From assembly GCA_963815455.1 (NCBI GenBank), contig CAWFGO010000005.1:192001-256000 (forward strand): 64,000 bases of DNA, given 5' to 3'. The notes under the pieces were generated by a model, which did not search any database, was not told the DNA's origin, and saw nothing but the letters and a program-made list of their open reading frames with translations. This DNA comes from an uncultured Verrucomicrobiae bacterium. Lineage in GTDB: Bacteria > Verrucomicrobiota > Verrucomicrobiia > Chthoniobacterales > UBA10450. The position numbers were made by a program, and so were the translations under genes. Within the stretch, counting starts at the first letter, position 1, and every line of letters starts with the position of its first letter. Shown in pieces: positions 30,922 through 41,463 of the stretch.

Positions 30922-32226
30922 TTGAAAACGCTCGCTCTTCTTCACGCATCGCAGCTTGTTACTCTGGCTGGCCCGAAGCGCTCTCGGGTGGGCGCTGAAC
31001 TGGGTGAACTCGGGATTATTCGCGACGGCGGAATGCTGATCCGCGATGGGAGGATCGACATCGTTGGGCCGAGCGATGAGATCGAGGAGAAGGCGGGTGA
31101 CGCGGAGGTCCGAGCCGGACTGGCAGTTGTCGATGCTGGCGGGCGGGTTGTGCTCCCGGGATTTGTCGATGCGCACACGCATCTGGTTTTTGCGGGAAAT
31201 CGACTGGACGATTTTGAGCGACGGGCGCGGGGGGAATCTTACGAGCAGATCGCCCAGGCGGGCGGCGGGATTTGGTCAACCGTGGAGAAGACGCGGGCCG
31301 CGAGCGAGGACGATCTTTTCGCTCAAGCGAGGAAACGCGTGAACTGGTTTTTGCGCTCTGGAACGACAACGATTGAAGCGAAGTCGGGCTACGGACTCAC
31401 CGTTGAAGATGAATTGAAGATCTTGCGCGTGTTGCGGCAGCTGAAACAAGAGACGCTGGTCGAGATTGTGCCGACATTTCTCGGCGCGCACGCGGTTCCT
31501 CGCGAGACAGCTGCCGATCGATATGTCGAACTTGTGATCGGCGAGATGTTGCCGCGAGTCGCGTCGGATCCGTCTCCGCTGGGCTACGACGCGACAAGAA
31601 AACTGGCCGAGTTTTGCGACGTGTTTTGCGAGCGCGGCTATTTCGACCTCGAGCAGTCGAGAAAAATTCTGACGGCGGCGAAGCAACACGGGTTGAAACT
31701 GCGCGGCCATGTCGATCAACTGACAAATTCCGGTGGTGCGAAGTTGATGGCGGAATTGAAAGCGACAACCGCCGATCACTTGGAAAAAACCGACGGGCAA
31801 GGGATCGCGGCGATGAAAGCGTCCGGTGTTCAGCCGGTTTTGCTGCCGGGATCGGTTTACGCGTTAGGATCGACATGCTATCCGCGGGCACGGGAAATGA
31901 TTGATGCCGGGCTCGCGGTGGTTATTGCGACTGACTTTAATCCGGGCTCTTCGCCGACGCCGAGCATGCCGATGATTCTCTCGCTGGCTTGCACCCAGAT
32001 GAAGATGTCGCCTGCGGAGGCGATTACAGCATCGACAATCAACGCTGCCTGGAGTCTTGATCGCGGCGATCAGATCGGTTCGCTCGAATCGGGCAAGCTG
32101 GCGAACTTCGCGATTTTTGATTGCGAAGATTATCGCGAACTGGCGTATTGGTTTGGAGTTTCGCAGGCGCATTCGGTCTATGTGCACGGTAAACGGGTCT
32201 GGGGAGCACAGGCCGCCGGCCTGTAG
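30922..32226 (+). CDS. hutI: Imidazolonepropionase
   Basis: [34 protein letters not shown]. Confidence 0.95.
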   Translation: MKTLALLHASQLVTLAGPKRSRVGAELGELGIIRDGGMLIRDGRIDIVGPSDEIEEKAGDAEVRAGLAVVDAGGRVVLPGFVDAHTHLVFAGNRLDDFERRARGESYEQIAQAGGGIWSTVEKTRAASEDDLFAQARKRVNWFLRSGTTTIEAKSGYGLTVEDELKILRVLRQLKQETLVEIVPTFLGAHAVPRETAADRYVELVIGEMLPRVASDPSPLGYDATRKLAEFCDVFCERGYFDLEQSRKILTAAKQHGLKLRGHVDQLTNSGGAKLMAELKATTADHLEKTDGQGIAAMKASGVQPVLLPGSVYALGSTCYPRAREMIDAGLAVVIATDFNPGSSPTPSMPMILSLACTQMKMSPAEAITASTINAAWSLDRGDQIGSLESGKLANFAIFDCEDYRELAYWFGVSQAHSVYVHGKRVWGAQAAGL

Positions 32227-32330
32227 TTGCCGGCAGCCTGCCGGCAACATTGGAACGGTTATGCGAACAATCGCAACAAGCATCTCGGCAGGCTGCCGAG
32301 ATGGACAGGCTGGCAGCCTGTGCTCCCCAG
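32199..32330. repeat. Compound inverted repeat that contains the hutI stop
   Basis: ctggggagcacaggc ... gcctgtgctccccag with an internal ggcagcctgcc / ggcaggctgcc pair. Confidence 0.82.
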
Positions 32331-32393
32331 AAAGACCTTGCGAAGGCCGACTGATTTGCAGATGGCATCTCATGCCGGTAACTTCGGTGCTCC

Positions 32394-33731
32394 ATGAAGG
32401 TCGATGTTGATAAACAACCGGGCTCGGTTTCCAAGCTCCATATCCAGTTGCCGGCGGATGAAGTGTCGAAGGAATGGGACGCCATTGCGAATTCGTTCGC
32501 GCGCTTCGCCAAAATTCCAGGCTATCGGCCGGGAAAGGCGCCGCGCTCGGTGATCGAGAAAAGATTTCGCAAGGAAATCCAGGAAGAGGTCACGAAGAAG
32601 CTGGTCTCGAAAAGTTATCACGACGCGATCGAGCAGAAGCAGTTGCGCGTCGCTTCGTTGTCGAACATCGAAGATGTCCAGTTCAGTGACGATAAATCGA
32701 TGCGGTTTCGGGCGACGATCGTGACCGTGCCTGAATTCAATCTGCCCGAATACAAAAAGATTTCGGTGCAATTGCCCGATACGAAAGTGTCCGAGGCGGA
32801 AATCGATGCGGCGCTCGAACGATTGCGGGATCAGGCGGCCGATTTTGTCGATGTTCCGGAGAGAGAACTGCAGATGGGCGATTTTGCCGTGATCGATTTC
32901 GAGGGATCGATCGAAGGCAAGCCGGTAAGCGAGGTCGCGCCGCAGGCCAGCCGGAACCTCCACGGCGGCAAGAAATTCTGGCTGCACCTTGCGCCGGACA
33001 ATTTTGTGCCGGGATTCTGCGAGCAGTTGGTTGGCCTGAAGCGTGAGGAAACGCGGCTGGCGATCGTCACTTTCGCTGAGGATTTTGCGGTGAAAGAGTT
33101 AGCGGGGAAAAAGGCAGACTACAGCGTTACGCTGCGGGAGATTAAAGAAAAGGTTCTGCCGGCGCTGGATGATGCGTTTGCGGAGAAGCTTGTGCCCGGC
33201 AAGTCGTTTGGCGATCTCCGCCACATGATCGAGCACGATCTCGAGCATGGAAAAGAGCACGAGGTCGAGCGCGCTAAGGAAGCGCAGATCGTGAAATATT
33301 TGCATGAGCGGATTCAATTCGAGCTGCCGCCGGCGCTGCTTCAAAATGAAACACGCCGGGCACTGGGCGAGCTGGTGCAGCGCAATCGCGAGCGCGGCAT
33401 TACTGACGAGATGCTGAAGGAAAAAGAAAAGGAGTTGATCGACGGCGCCGCGGGTTTGGCCAGCCATCGATTAAAGACGAACTTCATTCTGCATCGGATC
33501 GCCGAGCAGGAGAAGATCGAGGTGACACGCGAAGAAGTCGATCTTCGCATCAAGCAGGAAGCGGCGCGGTACGATGTTTCCGTCGACAAAATGCGCAAGC
33601 AATTGGAGGAACACGATCAGCTCAACACCCTCGCGGAACAGATTCTGCTCGGTAAGACCCTTGATTTCCTGAAGGCGAATGTTAGCGTCGAAACGGCGGT
33701 AAATACGCCTGATTCAGGAAAAAAATCATGA
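32394..33731 (+). CDS. tig: Trigger factor
   Basis: [10 protein letters not shown] ribosome-binding motif, FKBP domain, upstream of clpPX. Confidence 0.96.
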   Translation: MKVDVDKQPGSVSKLHIQLPADEVSKEWDAIANSFARFAKIPGYRPGKAPRSVIEKRFRKEIQEEVTKKLVSKSYHDAIEQKQLRVASLSNIEDVQFSDDKSMRFRATIVTVPEFNLPEYKKISVQLPDTKVSEAEIDAALERLRDQAADFVDVPERELQMGDFAVIDFEGSIEGKPVSEVAPQASRNLHGGKKFWLHLAPDNFVPGFCEQLVGLKREETRLAIVTFAEDFAVKELAGKKADYSVTLREIKEKVLPALDDAFAEKLVPGKSFGDLRHMIEHDLEHGKEHEVERAKEAQIVKYLHERIQFELPPALLQNETRRALGELVQRNRERGITDEMLKEKEKELIDGAAGLASHRLKTNFILHRIAEQEKIEVTREEVDLRIKQEAARYDVSVDKMRKQLEEHDQLNTLAEQILLGKTLDFLKANVSVETAVNTPDSGKKS

Positions 33732-34432
33732 GTTTACGTAACGAAAATTTGTCGCAATCGGTGCTGATCCCGATGGTAGTGGAACAGACCGGGCGAGGGG
33801 AGCGGAGCTACGATATCTACTCGCGTCTGCTCAAAGACCGGATCGTTTTCATCGGCACCGCGCTGGATGATCACATCGCAAACCTGGTCATCGCGCAGTT
33901 GCTCTTTCTCCAAATGGAGGACTCGAAGAAGGACATCAATATCTACATCAATTCGCCGGGCGGATCGGTAACGGCGGGTCTGGCGGTTTACGACACGATG
34001 CAGTTTCTCACCTGCGATGTGACCACCTACTGTCTCGGCATGGCTGCGAGCATGGCGGCGGTGTTGCTTTGCGCCGGGAACGAAGGGCAAGAGGTTTCGC
34101 CCTCCCGAATTCGGACATCATGATCCACCAGGTCTCGGGTGGCGCGCAAGGGCGCGGCCAGCGACGTCGAGCGCCAGGTCGATTACATGTTTAAGCTTAA
34201 GAAGCGTTTGATCAGCATCATCGCCCAGCACACGGGCAAGCCGGAAGAGCAGGTGAAGCACGATTCCGATCGCGACTATTATATGTCGGCTGCGGAAGCG
34301 AAAGCGTATGGGCTGGTGGATGAAGTGATCAAGTCGCGCAAAGAAGTAAAGCTGCTCGACGGCGCGACATCTGGGTCGGATCGTTCGGTGGCTGTGGCGG
34401 AGGCCGCATTGCCAAAGAAGTCTGCGGAATAG
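33728..34432 (+). CDS. clpP: ClpP protease subunit; several frameshifts at 34080-34150
   Basis: [32 protein letters not shown]. Confidence 0.95.
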
Positions 34433-34457
34433 AAGCTGCTGATTTAAGGGCTAAAAT

Positions 34458-35738
34458 ATGGCGCGCGCTTCGAACCTCACTATGTGCTCGTTCTGTGGCA
34501 AGAGCCACGCCGAGGTGCGCAAGCTAATCGCCGGGCCCGGCGTCTATATCTGCGACAGTTGCATCAATGTTTGCAAAAGCATTCTCGACAAGGAACTGAA
34601 CGAGGATGCGCGCCGGCAATCCTCGACGATGCGAGTGCCCAAACCGGCGGAAATCCGGCGATCGCTTGATCAATATGTTATTGGGCAGGACCTGGCGAAA
34701 AAGACGCTTTCGGTCGCGGTCCATAATCATTTCAAGCGGGTCATGCAGACGGCAGCGCCGGCCGAATCTTCCGCGGCGTTTCAGCCCGATCCACTGGCGG
34801 ACGTTGAAATTGAGAAAAGTAACATCCTCCTGGTTGGTCCAACCGGGTCGGGAAAAACATTGCTGGCCAAGACCCTGGCCAAGATTCTCGATGTGCCGTT
34901 TTGTATTGCCGATGCGACCACTCTGACCGAGGCGGGCTACGTCGGTGAAGATGTCGAGAACATCATTCTGCGCCTGTTGCAGAATGCCGATTACGACGTC
35001 AAACGCGCCGAGATCGGGATTGTTTACATCGACGAGATCGACAAGATCGGCCGCAAGACCGACAACGTTTCAATTACGCGCGACGTTTCCGGCGAAGGCG
35101 TCCAGCAGGCGCTTTTGAAGATTTTGGAAGGCAGCACCTGCAATGTACCGCCCCAGGGCGGTCGCAAACATCCGCATCAGGAATACATTCAGGTTAATAC
35201 CGAAAAAATTCTGTTTATCTGTGGCGGCGCCTTTGTCGGCCTCGACAAGATCATCCAGAAACGTATCGGCCAAAAAGTGATGGGCTTCGGAAGTCCCACC
35301 TTGGAAGTCGAGGAAGCGCTGCGGAAGGAAGCAGTCCGCCATGTCGAACCGGAAGATTTGCTGTCGTTCGGAATGATTCCCGAATTCATCGGGCGCCTGC
35401 CCGTTGTGACTTCGTTGGACGCGCTGACCGAGGATGAAATGGTGGCGATCCTGACCGAGACGAGGAACGCGATGATCAAGCAGTACACGAAACTTTTCTC
35501 GATGGAAAATGTCCGGCTGACCGTAACGAAGGACGCATTACGCGCCTTGGCGGCCCAGGCGGTGAACAAGGGAACGGGCGCGCGGGCGCTTCGTTCGATG
35601 CTCGAGCGAATCATGCTCGACATCATGTACGACGTGCCGAGCCGCGAGGACATTGCCGAGGTCACGATCAATCGCGCTGTTGTCGAAGGCAAAAAACTTC
35701 CGCTCGTTCGCAAGAAGCAGGACAAAGACGCGGCCTGA
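34458..35738 (+). CDS. clpX: ClpX ATPase
   Basis: CSFCGK..CDSC zinc finger, [24 protein letters not shown]. Confidence 0.98.
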   Translation: MARASNLTMCSFCGKSHAEVRKLIAGPGVYICDSCINVCKSILDKELNEDARRQSSTMRVPKPAEIRRSLDQYVIGQDLAKKTLSVAVHNHFKRVMQTAAPAESSAAFQPDPLADVEIEKSNILLVGPTGSGKTLLAKTLAKILDVPFCIADATTLTEAGYVGEDVENIILRLLQNADYDVKRAEIGIVYIDEIDKIGRKTDNVSITRDVSGEGVQQALLKILEGSTCNVPPQGGRKHPHQEYIQVNTEKILFICGGAFVGLDKIIQKRIGQKVMGFGSPTLEVEEALRKEAVRHVEPEDLLSFGMIPEFIGRLPVVTSLDALTEDEMVAILTETRNAMIKQYTKLFSMENVRLTVTKDALRALAAQAVNKGTGARALRSMLERIMLDIMYDVPSREDIAEVTINRAVVEGKKLPLVRKKQDKDAA

Positions 35739-35827
35739 GGTTCGGCCTTCGGCCGACGTTAAAGCGTTAAATCGGGACGCCTTCCCTTTGTAACGATGTA
35801 ACATTGTAACCATTCACGTCTTCGTCC

Positions 35828-37061
35828 ATGCGCGTCGTCATTATTAATACCGGCACGGAGCTTTTGCTGGGCGACGTGGTAAATGCGCATTTGGATTTCA
35901 TTGCCCGGGAAATCTTTGCCCTCGGCTTGCGAGTAGATGAGCAACGCACCGTTCCTGATGGCGAAGCGATTCGACCATGCGCTGGCCGATGTATTTTCGC
36001 GCTGCGAAATTCTGTTCGTCACCGGCGGGCTCGGCCCAACCAGCGATGATGTCACTCGGGAAATCGTGGCCGGCTTGCTCGGATTGGAATTGTGTCAGAA
36101 TCCGCAATTGCTGGCGTCCTTGCGAGAGAGACTCAAAACGCGCGGAATAAAGTGGACGCCGAACATCGCGCGGCAGGCCGACGTTCCGGCCGGCGCCCGG
36201 GTTCTGGCCAACGATTACGGGAGCGCGTCCGGTCTATATCTCGAGGCGAATATCAATGCGCAAATTCGTTCGCCCCATCTCTTTGTTCTTCCTGGACCGC
36301 CCCGCGAGCTTCAGCCGATGTTTCGCGGACCGGTGATGTCGATCTTGCGGGCGATTGTTCCGCGTTCCGACTCGGTCGAGTGTCGCATCTATCGCATCAC
36401 GGGGATCGGTGAATCGCTGGTGGAAAAGGCGATCGGAGAAAAGATTCTGGCCATTCCAGACATTGAGCTGGGTTATTGTGCGCGTCCCGGAGATGTCGAT
36501 GTTCGAGTGATCGGCGAGCCTGGAGCGCTCGATCTCGCCGACTCGATCGTTACGGCCGCGCTCGGAAGTGCGGTTTATTCCACGGACGGTGAGGACCTCG
36601 AAGAAGTCCTGGTGAAACTGCTCGCGGCAAGAAAAGCGACACTGGCCGTTGCCGAATCGTGCACCGGCGGTTTGGTCGCGCATCGGATTACCAATGTGCC
36701 GGGTGCATCGGACGTCTTTGTTGCCGGATACGTTACTTACGCGAACTCAACCAAGATCGACATCCTGAGTGTCGATCCAAAATTGATCGAGAAACACGGA
36801 GCGGTGAGCGAGCCGGTCGCGCGAGCGATGGCCGAAGGCGCCCGAGCGCGCGCAGGATCGACATATGCTTTGGCCACGACGGGAATTGCCGGGCCGAGTG
36901 GAGGAACAGAGGAGAAGCCGGTTGGCACCGTTCATATCGCGCTTGCGTCGGCAAATTCAGACACGGTCGCAAAAAAATTCTTTTTCCCGACCGATCGCGA
37001 AATGTTCAAGCAATTGGCCTCTCAGACGGCGCTGGACTTATTGCGGACAACGCTTTTTTAG
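35828..37061 (+). CDS. cinA: CinA (MocF-like domain plus NMN deamidase PncC); frameshift near 35965
   Basis: GTELLLG, TGGLGPTSDD, AESCTGG, TGIAGP. Confidence 0.93.
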
Positions 37062-37711
37062 AAGTCGCCGACGTCCACGGGGGTGCCGACTTTGACGCGA
37101 TCGTAAAAGAGTTTTGCGCCGTCGGCAGACTCTCGAACGCAGCCGTGAGAAGCGGGATAGCCGGGCAAAATCCCGATGTGCATACCGACCCCGTCACTGG
37201 TGAGCCGGAGAAACCATTTCATGGCCGCGCCGACATAATGCGTCCCGCTGGGCGCGGAATCGATCCGCGCGCTGACGCCGGCGCGAACGACGCGGCCTCG
37301 TGAATCGACAAAATCCCCGTAAAGACTGGAGTGATGATTGGGATCCTTTTCCAAAACTGTGAAGTGACCGGACGGTGTGCTGTGGCCCCGTTTCCCGGAG
37401 GAAACCGGTGCATCCGCTACAATCTTGTCGCCGATCATCAGATAGGCGCGTTGTTTCGGAAGAGAGACAACGATATGGGTGTTGTCGGGGGTCGCCTGTT
37501 TCAGCAGCGATTGGTTTACTTTCATTGGCTCCTGCCGGTGGATCATTTCGGAGGGTTTGCGCATCGGCTGCGGCGGGGCCGGTTTTCCGCGCAACTGCGC
37601 TACGGGAGTCGAACGCGGACGCGGCGTAGGGCGGCGCGATTGCGCATTGATCAAGATGACCGGCACAACGAGAATCGCCGCGCAAAGAGCAAGGAAGAAG
37701 ATTCGGCGCAT
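37058..37711 (-). CDS. L,D-transpeptidase (YkuD) family protein
   Basis: Signal peptide; GMHIG..PASHGCVR. Confidence 0.9.
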   Translation of the reverse strand: MRRIFFLALCAAILVVPVILINAQSRRPTPRPRSTPVAQLRGKPAPPQPMRKPSEMIHRQEPMKVNQSLLKQATPDNTHIVVSLPKQRAYLMIGDKIVADAPVSSGKRGHSTPSGHFTVLEKDPNHHSSLYGDFVDSRGRVVRAGVSARIDSAPSGTHYVGAAMKWFLRLTSDGVGMHIGILPGYPASHGCVRESADGAKLFYDRVKVGTPVDVGDF

Positions 37712-37715
37712 AAGG

Positions 37716-38555
37716 TCAGTTGCGACTGTAGCTATTTACGCGATTAATCCAACCCGGTAACCATCGGGCTTCGCCTCGGGCCGGCGGCGAATTCTGGACC
37801 CGGCGTTTCAGCCTTGCGGCCGCCGCCCGCGAAAATTCTTTCACTGGATCGGATGCATCGGACCGCATTTCTTCCAGCACTTGGAGAAGGCCCCAGCCCT
37901 GGCCGTGGTAGCGCTCGGTGTGCAGAACGCCTTCGCCTTTGAAATTCACGTAATCGACTAAAGCGTAACAGCCTTGGGCGGTACTCGATAATCGGTCAAA
38001 GTTCTTCTCGATCTTCGCTCGATCGGAAGACGCCGCTTCTGCGAGCATTTTCGGCAACGCGGTTTGGAGCCGGTTAACCAGGAATTCCGCCTGAAGACCA
38101 ACTGTATCGGCCAGGAATTGGCGCAACTGCACCATTTCCGGACTTTTTTGAGCACGTAGAAACTCCGCTCGGGAATTCCATGGGCAAGGCGAATCGGCGC
38201 CGCCGAGCAGGACTTTCGGCAGCTTGGCGCCTCGGGTGGAGATGAAACGCACCAGTTTCGGGAAGCTCTCTTCAAACGGACCGCGCACGTCCTTCGGATA
38301 CCAGATGAAATGACCGATTCCCAGGGAAGCGAAGTTTTCGTCTTCATTCCACGAGGTGAGACCGGCGACGGTTCCATTGCATTCGTTTTGCCAGACTTTC
38401 TTTCCGATCCGGAGCGCCTCGGAGTGCGACAGCGTGATGGCCGACAGAACCCCAAACGGCGATGCCACCGCTGCCAGGACCAGAAAAAGCGCGGAGACAG
38501 ACGCGCAGGCAGAGCGTCTTGGTTTTCTTGACGGGCGAGGTTTATCCATTAGCAT
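37716..38555 (-). CDS. Exported conserved hypothetical protein, possibly lysozyme-like
   Basis: N-terminal hydrophobic segment; WQNE..SLGIGHFIWY; YVNFKGEG. Confidence 0.7.
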   Translation of the reverse strand: MLMDKPRPSRKPRRSACASVSALFLVLAAVASPFGVLSAITLSHSEALRIGKKVWQNECNGTVAGLTSWNEDENFASLGIGHFIWYPKDVRGPFEESFPKLVRFISTRGAKLPKVLLGGADSPCPWNSRAEFLRAQKSPEMVQLRQFLADTVGLQAEFLVNRLQTALPKMLAEAASSDRAKIEKNFDRLSSTAQGCYALVDYVNFKGEGVLHTERYHGQGWGLLQVLEEMRSDASDPVKEFSRAAAARLKRRVQNSPPARGEARWLPGWINRVNSYSRN

Positions 38556-38608
38556 GCAGCTTTCCGCGCTCAGATTTAAAGCGCAACCGCATTTAGAAAT
38601 CCACTCCT

Positions 38609-39325
38609 ATGAAATATTTTGTTGTTACACTTGCCGCGTTTGCGCTCGCTTCGCCCCTTCTGGCGCAGGAGAAGACCCAGTTAAAAGATCAAAAGGATAA
38701 AGCCAGTTACGCCATCGGTCTGAATATCGGGATGAATTTCAACCGCCAAAAGGTTTCGATCAATCCCGCCGCTTTTTCCGCGGGGATAAGGGATGGTATG
38801 GCCGGCAAGCCGCAGATGACCGAGACCGAAGTAAGGGAAACGATGATGGCATTCGAAAAAGAAATGGAAGGGAAACAGAAAGCAGCAGGAGACAAGAACG
38901 CACAGGATGGCGAAAAATTTCTCGCCGAAAACAAGAAGAAAGATGGCGTGAAGACCACGGCCAGCGGCCTGCAATACAAGGAGCTTAAGCCTGGCACGGG
39001 TCCGCAGCCGAAAGAGACCGATACGGTCACGGTGAACTACCGTGGAACCCTGATCGACGGGACCGAGTTCGACAGCTCCTACAAGCGGGGCGAGCCGGCC
39101 ACGTTTCCCTTGAACGCGGTGATCAAGGGGTGGACCGAAGGACTCCAGTTGATGAAAACCGGATCGAAGTATCAATTTTTCATTCCAGCCAACCTTGCCT
39201 ATGGAGAGCGCGGAGCCGGTGGCGATATCGGACCAAATTCGACTTTGATTTTCGAAGTGGAATTGATCAGCACGAAGCCGGCGGGAAGCACTGCCGGTCC
39301 ATCGCCGGCGGCGACCGCGAAATAG
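38609..39325 (+). CDS. FKBP-type peptidyl-prolyl isomerase (Mip/FkpA-like)
   Basis: [30 protein letters not shown]. Confidence 0.95.
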   Translation: MKYFVVTLAAFALASPLLAQEKTQLKDQKDKASYAIGLNIGMNFNRQKVSINPAAFSAGIRDGMAGKPQMTETEVRETMMAFEKEMEGKQKAAGDKNAQDGEKFLAENKKKDGVKTTASGLQYKELKPGTGPQPKETDTVTVNYRGTLIDGTEFDSSYKRGEPATFPLNAVIKGWTEGLQLMKTGSKYQFFIPANLAYGERGAGGDIGPNSTLIFEVELISTKPAGSTAGPSPAATAK

Positions 39326-39347
39326 TCAGACGGGCACAGGCCCGTGG

Positions 39348-39704
39348 CTATAGCGCGGCCGTTTCCCAATCCAGGCGCTTTGCGTCGCCCCACAAATCCT
39401 CGAGGCTGTAAAAGGCCCGTTTGTCTCGATGGAAGATGTGGACGACCACCTGGAGATAGTCGAGCACGATCCATTGACTGGCGGGAAAGCCATCGACGGC
39501 GACCGCTCGCACGGCGTGGTCCTCTTTCAATCTCGCTTCGATCTCGCCGGCAATCGCCTTGAGCTGCGGCTCCGATGAGGCCGAACAAATCACGAAGAAA
39601 TCCGTAAACGTCGATATCCCGCGCAAATCCAGAACGACAATCTCCTCCGCTTTCTTGTTCGAGGCGAGTTCGGCGCAGGTTCTGGCTAATTTCTCGGCGG
39701 TTAT
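39348..39704 (-). CDS. rsfS: Ribosome silencing factor; start inferred at ATA 39704
   Basis: KKAEEIVVLDLR, DFFVICS, WIVLDY, FYSLEDLW; downstream of nadD. Confidence 0.9.
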   Translation of the reverse strand: MTAEKLARTCAELASNKKAEEIVVLDLRGISTFTDFFVICSASSEPQLKAIAGEIEARLKEDHAVRAVAVDGFPASQWIVLDYLQVVVHIFHRDKRAFYSLEDLWGDAKRLDWETAAL

Positions 39705-40264
39705 TTCGGTTGCTCCCGGTAAAGATTTTTCCGACGGATAATTTCTTCCACCGCCGGCGGAACCAAGTAACGAATCGATTGCCCGGAGGCAACTCTCTTT
39801 CGTATTTCGGTCGCGGAAATGTCGAGGTTGCGCCGGATGGCTTCGTAAGGGTGATCAGTCGCCCAGCCGGTCCGATCCAGGACAACAAAGTGCACCATCT
39901 TCTCCAACTCGGAGAACCGGTGCCACTTCGGCAGGTCGCTCACGTTATCATTGCCGACGAGCAGATAGAGCTCAGCCTCGGGTTCGCGGGCACGAATTTC
40001 TTTGACGGTGTCGATGGTGTAGGAAGGTGGTGGACGACGCAGTTCGCAATCGTCCAGCGTAAATCCGTGTTCCCCTTCGATCGCGGCTTGCAGCATCGAC
40101 AATCGCTCTTCGGCAGGCGCAATCGGCGTCTTTTTAAAAGGCGAAGCGGCAGCAGGAACGAACACGACCCGCTCCAAGCCGAGTTGTTCGAGTGCTTCCC
40201 GCGCCAGAATCAAGTGGCCGTGGTGAATGGGATCGAACGTGCCGCCGTATATTGCGATCTTCAA
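39701..40264 (-). CDS. nadD: Nicotinate-nucleotide adenylyltransferase
   Basis: GGTFDPIHHGH, SYTIDT, ISATEIR. Confidence 0.97.
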   Translation of the reverse strand: MKIAIYGGTFDPIHHGHLILAREALEQLGLERVVFVPAAASPFKKTPIAPAEERLSMLQAAIEGEHGFTLDDCELRRPPPSYTIDTVKEIRAREPEAELYLLVGNDNVSDLPKWHRFSELEKMVHFVVLDRTGWATDHPYEAIRRNLDISATEIRKRVASGQSIRYLVPPAVEEIIRRKNLYREQPK

Positions 40265-40320
40265 AAGATTGAACGTTGGCTTTTTGCGTCGCGCAGGATC
40301 GACATCTAAGTTGCGAACTT

Positions 40321-41421
40321 ATGAACAGTGATTCGCTTGGTCAACTGATCATGACCGGGGTTCCCGGAAAAGAGCTCGACCCGGAAACGGCGAAGTTGTT
40401 TCGAAAGGTGCAGCCGGGAGCGTTCATTCTGTTTGGCCGCAATATTGAGACGGCGCTGCAATTGCGAAAATTGATCGATGATTTGCGCGATCTGAGCGAC
40501 GTCGAACCGATCATCACGATCGATCAGGAAGGCGGCCGCGTCTCGCGTTTGCGCTTGATTGGAAACGAACCGCCGAACGCGCAGCAATTGCGCGACAAGG
40601 ACGATGTCGATCTTATCCGCCACCACGGCGACATCACCGGCCGTTTGCTCCGGCTCTTCGGTCTCAATCTCGATCTTTGTCCGGTGCTCGACATTTCGTT
40701 CGACGATAACGCGGACAACTCGCTGCGCGGGCGCTGCTACGGCAAGACGGTCGATCAAGTCGTGCGGAACGCCGGGGCATTCAACGATTCGATGCGGAAA
40801 CAGGGCATCGCCAGTTGCGGAAAACATTTCCCCGGTTATTCGGCGGCAACGATCGATGCGCATTATGACTTGCCAAAAATCGAGCGGACGCGCGAGCAAT
40901 TGGAAAAAGAGGAGCTGGCAGTTTTTCGAAAGTTCAGTTCTCGCGTCGATAGCATGATGATTTGCCACGGTTGGTATCCGTGTCTTGAGCCGAACAAAAC
41001 GCCGGCCTCGCTGTCCCGCCGGATCATTACGGATTTACTTTGCAGCGAACTGGGTTTTAGCGGCCTGGTCATGACCGACGATCTCGACATGGGCGCCATT
41101 CTCAATGGATACCCACTCGAGGATACGATTCGCCTGGCCATCGATGCCGGGAACGATCTCGTGATGATCTGTCATCGAACTCCAGAGATCGAGAACGTCC
41201 ACCGGATTCTCGGCAGCCTGCCGGCGGATCGAATCAATCGCGCTCTCGGCAGCATGGGGCGTTTCAAGGAAAAGCTGGCACCGCCCGATCAATTCTCGGA
41301 AGAGGCATTTCGCGAGATCGACAACGAAATCTGGAACCTGCGCGTCAACGTTCTGGGCAAAGAGCGCGCCGCCATTCGCAGCCCGGAAGACGGGAAACGC
41401 TCGCCGGTCGAAATGTATTGA
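40321..41421 (+). CDS. nagZ: GH3 beta-N-acetylhexosaminidase (NagZ-like)
   Basis: DQEGGRVSR, KHFPG, DAH, TDDLDM. Confidence 0.85.
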   Translation: MNSDSLGQLIMTGVPGKELDPETAKLFRKVQPGAFILFGRNIETALQLRKLIDDLRDLSDVEPIITIDQEGGRVSRLRLIGNEPPNAQQLRDKDDVDLIRHHGDITGRLLRLFGLNLDLCPVLDISFDDNADNSLRGRCYGKTVDQVVRNAGAFNDSMRKQGIASCGKHFPGYSAATIDAHYDLPKIERTREQLEKEELAVFRKFSSRVDSMMICHGWYPCLEPNKTPASLSRRIITDLLCSELGFSGLVMTDDLDMGAILNGYPLEDTIRLAIDAGNDLVMICHRTPEIENVHRILGSLPADRINRALGSMGRFKEKLAPPDQFSEEAFREIDNEIWNLRVNVLGKERAAIRSPEDGKRSPVEMY

Positions 41422-41463
41422 AGTAACGTTAAAAACATTCGGCTTTTTCTGTTTATTGTCGTT

